This document shows positions 1 through 13,700 of a stretch of DNA of 64,000 bases, in pieces. Below the pieces are notes generated by a model that saw only the letters and a program-made list of their open reading frames with translations, searched no databases and was not told where the DNA came from. Both the position numbers and the translations under genes were made by a program. Position 1 is the first letter of the stretch. Every line of letters starts with the position of its first letter. Source of the DNA: Laetmonice hystrix (Eukaryota); NCBI GenBank assembly GCA_965235115.1, contig OZ249436.1, positions 51,896,001-51,960,000 on the forward strand, in the 5' to 3' direction.

Positions 1-5
1 ACCAG

Positions 6-268
6 GGCCCGGTTTTTTTGTTTACTTTTCCACCGTGAGCAAGGGTGAGCTGAGCTGAGCAAGGGTGAGCAGAACCTCATGCTCACCGTTTTGCTCACTG
101 GTTTCGTTTTTTGGGGTGTTTTTCCGCGAGCTTGCTTGCCATGAGCACGCTTCATGGAAAAAGCAACCCCAAAAAAGCACGAAAACGGTGAGAATGAGCT
201 CATGCTCACCCTTGCTCAGCTCAGCTCACCCTTGCTCACGGTGGAAAAGTAAACAAAAAAACCGGGCC
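6..268. mobile_element. Palindromic MITE, PIF/Harbinger-like
   Basis: About 65-bp terminal inverted repeats (GGCCCGGTTTTTTTGTTTACTTTTCCACCGTGAGC... / ...GCTCACGGTGGAAAAGTAAACAAAAAAACCGGGCC); whole element is near-palindromic; 3-bp CAG direct repeat at 3-5 and 269-271. The CWG/TWA 3-bp TSD suggests PIF/Harbinger. Confidence 0.8.
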
Positions 269-749
269 CAGATCCCATACCCACAACGAATCCCTCATGA
301 CGGAGCTCTAGTTGCTACAAACATATTATTAGTGTAAGTACGTCGGCTCTATTAAGACCTATAGGCCCTTATATGAGACCCTTAAATTATCACACAGTTG
401 TTATAATCAAAACCATATTAGTATTAAGTCAGAACATAGGCCAAATAAATAACTTTATTTCGTTACACTAAGAATAACATTATTCTCGGAGTGCAGCGTC
501 CAGAAAGGGCACATACTGCTGTTCTAAACCTTTAGCGTAGGCTATAGCACGGCCAGGAATCATCAAACTAGCTTGCGATCAATTCAATAATTATCATTTT
601 CAATCAAAATATAATATACCTCGTCAACAGTAATGATCTTTTAAAAAATTCTTTGATTTCTAATATACTTGTAAACACATACAAGTAATGGCTTTAACAT
701 TATATACCGATCTTCTTGAATATGTTGATAAAAATAATTTTTAAATTGT

Positions 750-1000
750 CTGGAATACAACTTTCACGCGACCACGCGACAACGATTAACTTGTAAATAA
801 ATGTTGGAATCCGACCTTTCATGCGATCAGCGCATGTACTAATAACAGGTTTAACTCGTGAGGAAAAGTTGCAAACCGCCTTTCGTGCGTCCAGCGCATC
901 CGAAATTACAGGTTAACTCGTATAGGTAAAAGTGGTAGGTACCGTTCGTGAGCCCAGCTCATATTGTATGATATTATGTTTAACTCGAAAGTAAAATTTA
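750..1000. repeat. Degenerate tandem repeat, about 4 units of about 60 bp
   Basis: Recurring CTTTCRYGCG..CAGCGCAT....TTAACTCG motif near 761, 816, 880 and 944. Confidence 0.5.
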
Positions 1001-1419
1001 GACAGCTATTAACATATAAACACGTGACTATGACATCACCGACGCCGTATAGATAACATTTTAGATTGAGTGTTTCACTATTGCCATGTCATGGCAACCA
1101 ACACATTTGGACCTCTCAAGCTGTTCTAAAATAAGTATCAAATAAGTCCCGTGCTCGTTAGACATTTAAAAACCCGATGCTACAAATTCCACTCCCTAGA
1201 AATATTTGATTTTTGCATGAATATAAACTGAGTAAATTTGGTTTAATAACACTTTTTCCTAAATGAAGAAATGAACCTGTTCCACCTCTATTGATCGTGA
1301 AACTATCCCCGAGAGATCGAAGTCCTGTCCAGATGAACTTACATCTTAATATGAAACTGTCCAATATAGGCTGCTCCTAATTGTGGAAGAGTTCATTCTT
1401 CAAGGGATTCGTCGGCTAG

Positions 1420-1570
1420 ACCGGCCCTCTCCTCCAAAACGTCGCTCTTCTCCATCGGAACCGAAACGTCTGCTGGGTCGCTCTTGCTCATCGCCACCGA
1501 AACGTCTGCTGGGCCGCTCTCCATCGCCACCGAAACGTCTGCTGGTCCGCTCTCCATCGCCATCGAAACA
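1420..1570. repeat. 30-bp minisatellite (4-5 copies)
   Basis: CCGCTCTCCATCGCCACCGAAACGTCTGCTGG-like units with 30-bp period; directly abuts the 52-bp array. Confidence 0.8.
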
Positions 1571-3700
1571 TGTACTGTCTGGTCTTATACTCTAGCACAC
1601 ACTACAGTGAGGGCTCTCTACATGTATTGGCTGGCTTTAGACTGGAGCAAACACTGCAGTGGCGGCTGTCTACATGGATTGGCTGACCTTGGACTGGACC
1701 AAACACTACAGTGAAGGCTCTCTACGTGTATTAACTGCCCTCCGGCTTGAGCAAACACTACAGTGAGGGTTCCCTACATGTATTGACTGGCCTTATACTC
1801 TAGCAAACACTACAGTGAGGGCTCCCTACATGTATTGACTGCCCTTGGGCTAGAGCAAACACTACAGTGAGGCCTCCCAACATGTACTGACTTGCCTTAT
1901 ACTTGAACAAAGACTACAGTGAGGGTTCCCTACATGTATTGACTGCCCTTGGGCTAGAGCAAACACTACAGTCAGGGCTGCCAACATGGACTGACTGGCT
2001 TTATACTCGAGCAAACACTACAGTGAGGGCTCCCTACATGTATTGACTGGCCTTATTGTCGAGCAAACACTACGGTGAGGGCTCCCTCCATGTAATGACT
2101 GGCCTTGGGCTGGAGCAAACAGTACGGTGAGGGCCCCCTACATGTATTGTGTGGCGTCAGACTCAAGGAAACACTACAATGAGAGCTCCCTACATCTATT
2201 GGCTGACCTTATACTCGAGCAAACACTACAGTGGGGGCTCCCAACATGTACTGTCTGGCCTTATACTCGAGCAACCACTACAGTGAGGGCTCACCACATG
2301 TACTGACTGGCCTTATACTCGAGCAAACACAACAGTGAAGGCACTCTACATGTATTGACTGGCCTTATTCTCGAGCAAACACTACAGGGAGGGCTGCCAA
2401 CATGGACTGACTGATGACTTTATACCCGAGCAAACACTACAGTGAGGTCTTCCTACATGTATTGACTGCCCTTTGGCTGGAGCAAACACTACAGTGAGGC
2501 CTCCCCACATGTAGTGACTGGTTTTTTACTCGAGCAAACACTACAGAGAGGGCTCTCTACATGTATTGACTGACCTTAGACTGGCCTTATCGTCGAGCAA
2601 ACACTACAGTGAGGGCCTCCCTCCATAATGACTGGCCTTGGGCTGGAGCAAACACTACAGTGAGGCCTCCCCACATGTAGTGACTGGGTTTTTACTCGAG
2701 CAAACACTACAGTGAGGGCTCTCTACATGTATTGACTGACCTTAGACTGGCCTTATCGTCGAGCAAACACTGGCGGTGGCCTAGTGGGCATGGATGTCGA
2801 CACCTTATGCTATGCGAATGGGTGCAGTAATCTTAGGGCCTGGGGCCTCCCTCCATGTAATGACTGGCCTTGGGCTGGAGCAAACACTATAGTGAGGGCT
2901 CCCTACATGTATTGACTGAGCTTAGACCGAAGAAAACACTTGAGGGAGGACTTCCTACATGTATTGACTGGCCTTATACTCGAGCAAACACTACAGTGAC
3001 TGAGCTAGGGTCCCAATAGTACTAGCTGTCTGGCCTTATACTTGAGCACACATTACAGTGAGGGTTCATCACATGTACTGACTGGCCTTATACTCTAGCA
3101 AACAATACAGTGAGGGCTCTCCACATGTATTGGCTGGCCTTAGACTGGAGCAAACACTACAGTGAGGGCTCGCTACATGTACTGTCTGGCCTTATACTCG
3201 AGCAAACACTAAGGTGATGGCTCTCTACATGTATTGGCTGGCCTTATACTCGAGGAAACACTACAGTGGGGGTCCCAACATATACTGTCTGGCCTTATAC
3301 TTGAGCAAACAGTACAGTGAGGACTCACCACATGTACTGACTGGCCTTATACTCTAGCAAACACTGCCCTCCGGCTTGACCAAACACTACAGTGAGGGTT
3401 CCCTACATGTATCGACTGGCTTTATACTCGAGCAAACACCACAGTGAGGGCTCCCTACATGTATTGACTGGCCTAGCTTATACTCGAGCAAACACTACAG
3501 TGAGGGTCCCAACAGTACTGTCTGGCCTTATACTCTAGCAAACAATACAGTGAGGGCTCTCCACATGTATTGGCTGGCCTTAGACTGTCCAGAGCAAACA
3601 CTATATATGTACAGCGAGGACTCACCACATGTAGACTTTACTGACTGGCCGTATACACTATACAGTGAGAGCTCCCTACATGTATTGACTGCCCTTGGGC
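1566..3700. repeat. 52-bp minisatellite array (about 40 diverged copies)
   Basis: Consensus about GAGCAAACACTACAGTGAGGGCTCCCTACATGTATTGACTGGCCTTATACTC; GCAAACAC at 1751, 1803 and 1855 gives the 52-bp period; short foreign insert near 2772-2843. Confidence 0.95.
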
Positions 3701-4359
3701 GACTGACAATGTTTGGGAATATAGATCTAAAAGGACATAGCCTATAGGCTAGGCCTAGAATCTAGCTGCTATTTCCCTGTTTCTCAACATCAAACTGAAG
3801 AGCTTTCGGTGCCGACCTTTTGGTCAAAATTAATGTATTAATCAGTAGGGGATCCACGGGGGCTCTCTGAGTCTCAGTCCCCTCAGATTTCCCTTTTTTC
3901 AGTGTAGATAGGTACATTAGTACAGCCACAATGAAATCATGCCGAGCGTAGCTCGAGGCAAAAACTTTTAGGTGAGCCCCAAGAGAGGAAAGAGAGGGGG
4001 GAAATGCCCGAGAGCAGCCTGGGCGGGGGGGGGGGTTCACGACCCCCAAACCCCCGGGCCCCCTCCAGGTGGATCCGCGCCTGAGTGGGTAGCTTTTCCC
4101 TTGAAATTGAGAAACATGATTGTGTACCATGGACATGGTAGTCGGGGTGACCCCCCCCCCCCCCCTCCCTCAGCCTGTGCGGTCGAACAGTCCGGCGTAG
4201 GTACGCCCAGCCTGATCTATACTTGTTTTTCTTCCTCGTGCATGAGCTGATGTCTCGGCCATTAGGGGATTCCCTGACCTCTTTATCTCTAAATGACGTC
4301 ATTACCCCTGCACCCTGCTGCTGCCCTCTACCGCCGCACGAGAGTGGCGGTAGACAAAC

Positions 4360-4375
4360 TGCCACCAGAGGGCGC
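4360..4375 (+). promoter_or_regulatory. CTCF-like motif
   Basis: TGCCACCAGAGGGCGC closely matches the CTCF core consensus; motif match only. Confidence 0.45.
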
Positions 4376-4561
4376 AGGTCTCCAGCCAATCAGCACAGTC
4401 GGGATTCCCTCGCGCATAATCGATTGCGCTCAGCAGTCCTCCGTGCCTTATGCCGTCCGCGTGAGGCGTGACCACAGACCGTTGTCATAATGTTTAAAAA
4501 AGTCCGTGTTGCTGCGCCCGATCTGTAACGCTTGGTGGACGCAGATGTATAACTGTGTGAG

Positions 4562-4650
4562 CTGGTACCCGACTTCTTCGCTAGATGGCTCTGTGGTCGA
4601 CGTGAGTCGGGTCGACCACAGAGCCACCTAGCGAGGGAGTCGGGTACCAG
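4562..4650. repeat. 89-bp near-perfect hairpin (probable tiny MITE)
   Basis: 40-bp arms CTGGTACCCGACT...GTGGTCGAC / GTCGACCAC...AGTCGGGTACCAG with a 9-nt loop. Confidence 0.7.
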
Positions 4651-6565
4651 AGGGACGCCGTGGCCCCCCAGCGGCGACCGATGAGATTGAGAAGACAGTC
4701 GTCACGTGGTTGATTTAAACCAATCCAGCGTGAGTGGGAAATCCCCCTCGATCATGTTAGAAGTTGGAAATTCCCCGTAGTTTCTTTAGCCAGGAATTAG
4801 TGCTTGTTTTGTTTGGAGAAAGGGCTAACAGCAGGCTCTAGCCCCCTTTTTTCGGTAGAATTCAGTGAATTTGAGAAGACAAGATCTAAGTAAGGCCTCC
4901 TAATCAAAGTAGGCCTAGCTGTACGGACTACTGCGTCTGCAGTACTGGAGAAGACCGTGGAGTAGAGTGGAGTGGAGACATTTGAGATCATAATACGTAA
5001 GTCGAAATCTTGAACTAGATAAATGTTGGCAGTGGTTATTCCCCCGGCGTATCGACAGGTCATGTGTTTGTGACTGCAATACGGGATTCTTATTCAATGA
5101 TGTCTGACGGCAGGATAGCGGATTATCTCATTAGGCCTAGGCCTAGTGCCTAATTAACTAATTAACTAACCCTGGCTCTGGAGGCCCTAACTCTACCTGA
5201 GACTGAGTGACCTGACGTAACCACTCCAAACCAAACACATTGCATCGTGCCGGTAATTAGTCAAACTAATTTATTTATTCTGCCATAATTAAACACTGTG
5301 TAAATTTTAATAAACTTGTAGCCTGATACCCGGGCCGGGGGGCGGGGGATAAATCAAACTAGCATCTTTCTCAAGTTAATATTATATGGGGCTAGGAGTA
5401 TAGTTGAGGCCCGGGGGGAAATGGGTTTATTCCAGAAATTCTATGGCTTATCCTCACTGACCTCTGCAGGGCTCCCAATAGTAGCCGGTCAGCAGCGGCA
5501 AAACGCCATCTAAAACCAGTTTTGCCACCGCCTACTTTTTGTTGAATGACAAAAAATCTTTTTGACATTGCTCTACGAGCACGCGAGCCATCAAATGATT
5601 AATCACTCCCATATGTCATGTTAGAGGAGCAGGGTTTCCCCTCTAGAGGGGGAGACTAGGGGGGGGGGGGGGTTATCTCCCCCCCCCCACTAATTTTCAG
5701 CAATACAGAAATTTCAAATGCAAGTTGATACATCTGCTATCTTACAGCCATAAATTGTAACACTAGCTTGGGACTGGTGCAAATGATCCTGGGTGTGTGT
5801 GTGTGTGTGGACGGGGGGGGGGGGATTCATTTTAGACAATTTTTATCATTAGGCCAAAAAAAAAAAATTCCCAGTTTCTGGTCCGCACGCGCATCAGTGC
5901 TTTTTTTCTTGCCCTCATCTGTGAATTGTGCTGCCACCTAGTGGTAAGGCTTGAAACTAACCATTGTTGTAATGGATATTTCATTAACACTGCAACGGAA
6001 GTGTGTTGTATGCAAAGCGATGAGAGCAAAGGTCATGGTCCTTGTTTATGAGTTCATTTTACATGATAATTCTTATGAGGTTTACCATTTTAGCCAGCTG
6101 TCACCAAAAAAAAATCTTTAAACAAAAAAAAATGCGTCACCGCACCACTTTTGAAATGTTCTTTGGACCAGAAACCGGGAATTTATTTTTTTTTGGCCTT
6201 AGGAGAAATTTGGAGTAATTCCTTGCAATGCTTGCTGAGTTATGAAGGGAAAAAAACAGGTGGTTATAGGCAGGAGAACAAACTATACTGCATAATTCCC
6301 TCTGCTCCCCCCCCCCTCCGAATCTGTGTGTTCGGTAGTAATACTAATAGTGCTCCCAAAATCAATTTGGGGAACAAAAACTGTGCTCCTTACAGAAGCG
6401 ATACGTGTAGTGTTTGCCGTTAACTTTTTCAGCTGTCAGCCATCCGGGCTGATTGACCCCAGAATCTGTCAGCCCTGCTGAACTTTTGTCAGCCCTGATC
6501 ATTCACAAGTCACCAAATCACCTTGGAATAGTAGCTTTTACCTGTAGTGGCACCATACACCAGTT

Positions 6566-7288
6566 TAGTTCGACAGAGCGCATGCGCACGGGAAGCCTCG
6601 TTTTGAAGTTGCGAGTAAACAAACCGTCTCCCTATCTGTTTCTATAGTAAATGCATGATTTTTGTGTCGGAATTGTGTCTCTTCTCCGAGCAATATCTGT
6701 ACAGCTAATGTTCGAATGTGTAAAACTTGTATTAGACTTGACACTAATGCCAGTTTAAACCTCGACATTGGTGTAAAGTTAAATGGTTCGCTGTTGACTC
6801 TGACACGGCGGCCTCACCAGGCCTGGAGGCCGGCGTAGCGCTGGGGGGAGACGGGCTCCACACCGTTGGTTCCCAACACATACGGGATAGATATTGGGGG
6901 GCAGTCCGATGTTGATTGACATTTTATGCGCTGGATTGGAGGGGGAAGGGTGAGTTAAGCCGGGTTTGGCCCCCAAATGCCCGCGTGCTGACACACTGAC
7001 AGTCTGCGAACACTGCCGGAGCGTGCACTTGCCCTACGGGCAGCTCACGCCCAGTTCGACAGCCTGTGGACGGAATTGTCGAGGCCGAACACATTGTTTG
7101 AAGCACTGTGCATGTCGGCCTACCCTCCATGTGTATAAGATCACAGCCAGAAAAATCTGTCACAACTTCGTGGTGGTGGAATAGTGGCTTCATTCCGCGG
7201 TAACCCACCGTTGACAGCAATGCTAATGGCGCGCCGCTGGCTTTGTTTACTCGCAACTTCAAAAGGAGGCTCAGATTCTGACGAACTA
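6566..7288. mobile_element. Non-autonomous TIR DNA transposon remnant (TAG...CTA ends, possibly Academ-like)
   Basis: TTTTGAAGTTGCGAGTAAACAAA (6601-6623) inverted at 7242-7264; outer TAGTTCGACAGA / TCTGACGAACTA; no clear TSD. Confidence 0.45.
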
Positions 7289-7789
7289 TAAACTCGTGTA
7301 TTGACCATATTGACAGCCGTGGCAGGCATGAATCCAGGATTTTTGTAAAGGGGGGGGGGGGAGATTTTTAGGGATAGACATTCATCAAAACTAATCCAAA
7401 AATTTTTTCTTGAAATAACAATGAACCAAAACGAACTTCACTGAGAGGTTCTGACGTCGCCCTTACAATATAATTAATGGTTCTTTAATTGGGGGGGGGG
7501 GGATTAGGCTTGGACAACTGAAGGAGTCTGACCAGCATCACAAGTCAGCAGCAGGGCTGAAGCGGTGACTGCAGCTAGACACTTATCTGTTATAACTGTG
7601 AAACCGCCAGTTGCTTGGAGAGCAGTAAGATAGTTATGGTGGGTTGGTGGGGGAGGGGGGGTGACTGGCTATGCCAGCACCTATCCTGGCTGTGTGCTAT
7701 TCACACTCCTTGATAGTGGAACTTTAGCACTCCTACCACTGGGTCTTGACTGTAAATGTGTAATGTAATGTGTTTCTTCAGAGATAGAA

Positions 7790-10700
7790 ATGTCGGAAGA
7801 GAGCTCTACCAGCAGTGCATCTGTGGAGCTGCCTGCGGATGATATCCATGACGTCAGTGGGGACAGTCCAAGTGGTCATGCACCAATCTCATTTGTGAAT
7901 GGATTCTTAAACAGTAAGTATAAAATTTACATACATGTTTAGCAGTCCAGGGATGATGCTAGGAATTTGTGGGACCTTGGCACAGCACCTAACTAAAGTC
8001 TAAAAGATGAACAGAGAATTTGCCAAAAGAAGATGCAGGGCTCGAAAAATCGCGTGCCCATGGGCACCTAAATTTTTATCAGGTCACTTGCCATGAAGGC
8101 TGAAGTAGGCTGCCTTAATACAAGACTAGTCACTGCATTTAAGATTATTTCCCATAGTTAGCCAGTTTGACTAAAATGGGATTTATTCATCTTTACAAAA
8201 GTTTAGCCAGACATTTATTGGAAGAAAATATGTCTAGAAATGTGGATCTGGTTAGCATCGATGGTTAAAGAAGAATATAAGCAAGAGGAAGCCAACATTT
8301 ATAATCTAATCTATACTATAGTTTTTCCTGGAATTGCCTTTTTTTTCTGTCTCTTTACTTATCTAGTGGTCTTTTGTTTTCATTGGTTTGCTGGTCAGTA
8401 AATGCAACCTTTGGAGAGGTTTTCCCACAAATTTTCTAACAGAAGTTCTCAAATACCAGAGAAGCAGCACCCTACAAATGAAATGCTTACTCTATTAACC
8501 CAGGCAGTCTACCTTTCTTGGAGATCAGTGAAGAGCCACAGCAAAGAGGGTTTCGCTTCCGCTACCGTTGTGAGGGGCCGTCCCATGGAGGTTTACAAGG
8601 TGAACGCTCACAAAGGGGACATAAAACGTACCCCACTGTAAAGGTAATATTTGTTATTGTTCTTAACCTAAAATTATATTAGCCTTTAGGCATTTCCAGG
8701 CAGGGGCCAGATGATGCTCTGAGGCATTCCCAGGTAGGGGCAGATGAGGCCTTGAGCTGTGACGTTAGGTAGCCCTACATATTTATTACTAGTGGTGACT
8801 AAAACGTAAAAAAAGGACCAAGTCATTTTGTACCAATGTCAACGAGTTTGTAGAAAATAATGTTTTTAGCCTTGGCCTAGCAGCTGGGCCAGGCTTTGGT
8901 CATACCCCTTGCCTTCTGGAACTACCGGTACTTTCTCGCATATTTTTTTCGAATTTGCTTTTACATAGCAGGTCGGAAATTAACGCTCGCCCGCTTGCCC
9001 GTAGCGAGTTAAACCTCTGTTGGGCGACCTTGTCTGACCATTCAGGTCGCCCTGCTGGTGATTTGTCCAAAATTATTGGGCAAGTAATTTTTTTCCTGCA
9101 CTCGCCTGCCCCCACAATGGCAGTCATCATGATACAACCGGGCAGAAAACTTAGAATGTTCAGTAGGTTCTAAGTTCTCCAGTTGCCCAATTCCAGACCT
9201 TCTAGAGCCATCAAGGCAGCACCTTCGACTGTACAGATATCTGTGGGTTGAATGGCCAGGCAGTGGCCGATATCGCAACACTGAACTGCAGCCTTGTTGT
9301 AGGCCATTCAGGCTCTGTTGACTGCCTGCATGTCTAAACTAAGCTGCTCATAAACTGTATTATAATTTTTAGGCTACATGATGATGTAGCCTATAATCAC
9401 AGGAGGCCGAATTAGTCACACTGAAAGCTGACTTGGCGCAAGGCAGAGTTGACTCATCGCCGTATTGGACAGTCTACGTCGACAATCGTGTACATTTTGG
9501 AAACGTTTTTCATTCAGTTGTCAGAGGCTGTCCCAGGCTGTGTAGTTTCGACTAGCAGGGTGCCGCTGAGCGACACTCCAGATTTATTTTGTAGTGTAGT
9601 TTTAGATGAAGCATGACATGCAGGAAGTTGCTGTCATGACATGAGTTCAATTCAAGTTTGTTTCCTTAATCGTTGGCAACCTTGAAAATTTGTGACTTCT
9701 CAACTATAATCGCAATTGCACAATAACTCATTTCTCTCCTGCTTATCTATCCTAAAACATCTTAAAATGCCAAGGTTTAGTGACCAGAGGCCTATTTTTA
9801 GAGATACATGTACGTAGTTCTGACGACATCATTACCCATTTTGATGTGTGAATAAGTGCGAGCTCATGAGAATATCAGTACAAATCTCAAAGAAAGGGGG
9901 AAGTCTCTGATTTACTTTGTCCCAATACTATCATTTTAGATTCACAATTATTCTGGACCTGCCAAAGTTATGGTAACTTTGGTGACAGACGAAAGTGTCC
10001 CACGAACACATGCACATGAACTGATGGGCAAGCACTGTGATCATGGCATCTGCCTTGTTGACGTTCAACCGAATCCCAGAGGCAATAGCCTGACTGTTCC
10101 GTAAGTAGATGGACATTGATATATTATAATAATGAAGGCCTTAAAATATGTACTATATGCTCAGATATTACCAAGGTAACACAGAAATACACCATTGAGC
10201 CACTGCAACCCACAAAAAGGGGTTCTTTATTCTGGTATGTTGTCCGGTATTATAAGAACACGAGCATGTGGCACGTGAACCATTCAACGTGATGGCTGTA
10301 GGCTGTGTGGAATGACATCCTAAGATGCATTCCTCCATCACATTCAGAAGTATAAAATAAACTCAAATCATTAATTTGATGCACTGCCAAATTCGAAGTC
10401 GGGGTTCACAGTTTAAAGAGGGAAATGTATCCTGTTTTTTGAACACACGAATGATGGCAATCGTCCAGTTGTAAAAATCTCTGCCCAGTTGCATTGCACT
10501 GGGCCAGGCTCACTGCTAATTATGGTGTCACATATTGATCCAATCAAATTAATTTACTCTTATTTTCACTTACAGTCATTTGTTAATTATCTTTATTGCA
10601 GGTTTCCAAATCTCGGAATACTACATGTAACAAAGAAAAAGGTTGTAAACATTTTGAAAGAGCGTATCCTGGAGTCTATGAGAACCCATGACATGTTGAC

Positions 10701-13700
10701 TGGCTCAATACAGTCAGAGATGATGATACCAGGTGAGTGAAGTCTAGTGGTAGGAGATCTTGTTAGCCTCAAACATGTATAGAGAAGCTGTGAATGATGT
10801 CATACACAACAACGATAACACATGTAAATGGTGGTCCACACACAACATAGAATGTTCAACTTCTCTAAAGTTGAAAATGTAAACTTATTTAAACTTCTGT
10901 GAGACAAAAAGAAGGCTTATATTTGTCAGACTTTTATTCACTACCCTCTCGAATTTTAAGTCTGTAAATTGGTGTAATCAACCTTTAATTTCAAGGTTTT
11001 TTTTGTGTGTGTACGTGCCACCGACTGGGAATGAAGATGGTATCTCCTTGGGCTTATGATCCATAGGTTACACCTAAAATTCTATACCTAAGTGAATCCT
11101 CTTTGATTTGCTCACAATCTTTGGCAGCTGGTAGAGAAGCTGAGGCAGCAAGGCAGGCAGAAGAAGATTCAAAGTCCATGCAGCTGAACGTGGTGCGGCT
11201 ATGTTTCCGAGCCTACCTGATGGATGAAAAAGGCACATTTTCAAGAGTGTTGGAACCAGCCATCTCAAATGCAGTGTATGACAGCAGTAAGTGATATTTG
11301 GGCTTATTGATGCTAAGTATGTCTACGAATCGCCTTAAAATTATACAAGTTGCTGTACGTACTAATTGTGGGCCAATAGGTCAAATTACAGAAATTTTAC
11401 AGACACAACCATTGCTGTAAATCTACTTTTATATGAGCTGGCCTCATTCTATAAATGTTGTTTAACAAATTACTATGCTTAGATTAAAAACTGTTTCTAT
11501 TGTCCTTGAAACTCAGGGGCCCGTCTTACTAACGTAGATCCCGGGGATAATCCCCGGGATTGTCCCCAGTTTGGGGACATCCCCACTCTGAGGCGTCTTA
11601 CTAAGAATGTCCCTCCCGGGGACATCCCCAAATCCCCGATAAGAAAACGTTAATTAGAGGTATATCTCTAAGTAAATAAAAGCTAAAATGTGTCAAACCG
11701 TAAACTAGAGATCTTGCTTGCTCTCCCCAGTGCCACGAACAGAACGTTTGTGTTTACAGAGAGCGCTACGTGACGTCCAAACAAACCATTGTCTGACGTC
11801 AAAATAGAGAGTGATTCTAGCTGACACAGTAAACGGGCATGGCGGACGTCTAAAATAACGTGTTTTTGGAATGTTAGTTTATCATAATCAAACAACATAA
11901 GTTGAGCTCATGACTTTGGTTGCATAGATTGTAAAAGGTAAGAATGCAAAATGCACTACAAAAGGTGTTAAAACAGCATGTTTAAGTTTCTCTGCTGGGC
12001 GAATTATCGTCAGCATAAGCGGCAATCGGCGACATGTCAGTAAGACAGGCACTGAGGGATGTCGCCGGGACGTCCCCAGATTGGGGATGTCGCCAGGTGG
12101 AGACAAAATTCTTAGTAAGACGGGCCCCAGGTTCCCCCTTACTTGCCCTGCATGAAAGATATCTTGGCTTCAATGGTAATAATCCAATGTTTTTTTATTG
12201 CAAAGAATGTCCAGGGGTAGCAGGGCTATCTATCTGCCGTATGGACCGACATGCTGGTTGCTGTACGGGACATGAGGAAGTCTTCCTACTATGTGACAAA
12301 GTTCAAAAAGGTAAGAATAATTACTATTACGTAGGTGGGGAGGGGAAGCTATTCCTACTCGGGGTTTTGTACAGCATCTATTATGCACATGGACTATTGA
12401 AATGACGCAAGAAAAAACCCCTCTGCGTTCTAAAAACGCCAGTAAATTCAATGATACACAGATGAAAAAAGTGTGGAAGTCCAACTCTGCCAGTAGGTCC
12501 CATGCTTGCAGGTAGGATACAGGGCAAGGGTGCAGACTACATGTAGAGCGATAGGTAGGGTTACAAATTACAACATCCACCACCAAGAGACAGTATTAAT
12601 ATACCTTATGCAAGAAAAGAAATCAGAAAACTTTTGACCCCCTCCAAAAAATTGTTGGCAATCCAAAGACCCCAGTATTTTCCCAAATGGACTTCCAAGT
12701 GAAAATCATGAACCATACAAATTATCTCTCCATACAGATGACATCTCGGTGCGGTTCTTTGAGAAAGGTCTCGAGGGGGAAGTGAAATGGGAGGCCTATG
12801 GAAATTTTGGTCCCTCTGATGTTCATCGACAGTATGCCGTTGTCTTCAAAACCCCACCTTATAGCGACGTTTGCATAGAGAATCCAGTTGAGGTAATGGT
12901 TCAACTCAGGCGCACTTCAGATGGAGAAATCAGCGAACCAAAACCTTTTACATACTACCCAAATCCATCTGGTAAGTTTACAGTTTATATACATCCAGTA
13001 ACTTTTACCTTACCAATCATAGGATTTAAATTTAATAATGTAATTGAGGCTCAGCTGAACATCTTATAACTGATCTGGCATTTATGGTATTTCTCAGACT
13101 TTTGCATACTGATGTTTAAAAGGACAGATGTGTATTTTTAACTTGTTTCAGACAAGGAGGAAGTAGAAATTAAGAGGAAAAAACCACTTCCATTTCCAAG
13201 CAGTGGTGGCGAAGGCCTTTTGGGAAACCACAGTGGTACTGGTAAGAGAAATATAGGTCATCTTGAGTTGTCTCATAGGTATGCCAGAGCATGCAATTCT
13301 TGCACCTCAATTCCCATGACTGTGCTGTCACTGTTGTCTGTTCTGTTAGATACATTTTATGCAAGTACAGCTGTAGCCCTCAACTAAATACACATGTGTC
13401 TGGTTTAAATTCAATTCTGATTTTCACTCAAGGAGCATGAAAATATGAATCAATGTGATATAGCAGTTGTATTGAGCATTTCCCCCTTTTTTATAGGTTG
13501 TACCAGTTTTGGAACTCACAGAATTACAAGGTCTTTGGCAGACAGCTCCACCAATGATATGGGTAGTGCTGGATGCTACAATAATTCTAATTATCATCTT
13601 GGACAGGATTATCCTGAATTTCTTCCTGCAGGTTTGTCCCATAAAATTCCATTAAAAGTTTTCCAAGAGTTCATTTGTAAGGAGTAATATGATTGTGATG

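Larger units (their letters stand above)
4265..4776 (+). promoter_or_regulatory. Putative NF-kappaB promoter/enhancer with clustered kappa-B sites
   Basis: GGGGATTCCC 4265-4274, CGGGATTCCC 4400-4409, GGGAAATCCC 4736-4745, GGAAATTCCC 4766-4775 (reverse complement of GGGAATTTCC); CCAAT near 4386 and 4720; CACGTG near 4703; GC/CpG-rich context about 3 kb upstream of the first coding exon. Confidence 0.6.

Noticed and set aside
1566..3700. CRISPR-like appearance of the 52-bp array
   Set aside because: The variable parts are diverged copies of one sequence, not unique spacers; no cas genes; eukaryotic context.
3762..4490. Several overlapping GC-rich ORFs
   Set aside because: They arise from poly-G/C tracts and GC-rich promoter or repeat DNA; no domain similarity or splice support.
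6966..7184. Cys-rich 72-aa ORF as a host gene
   Set aside because: It lies inside a TIR-bounded element, has a TTG start and no exon context; at most a decayed transposase fragment.
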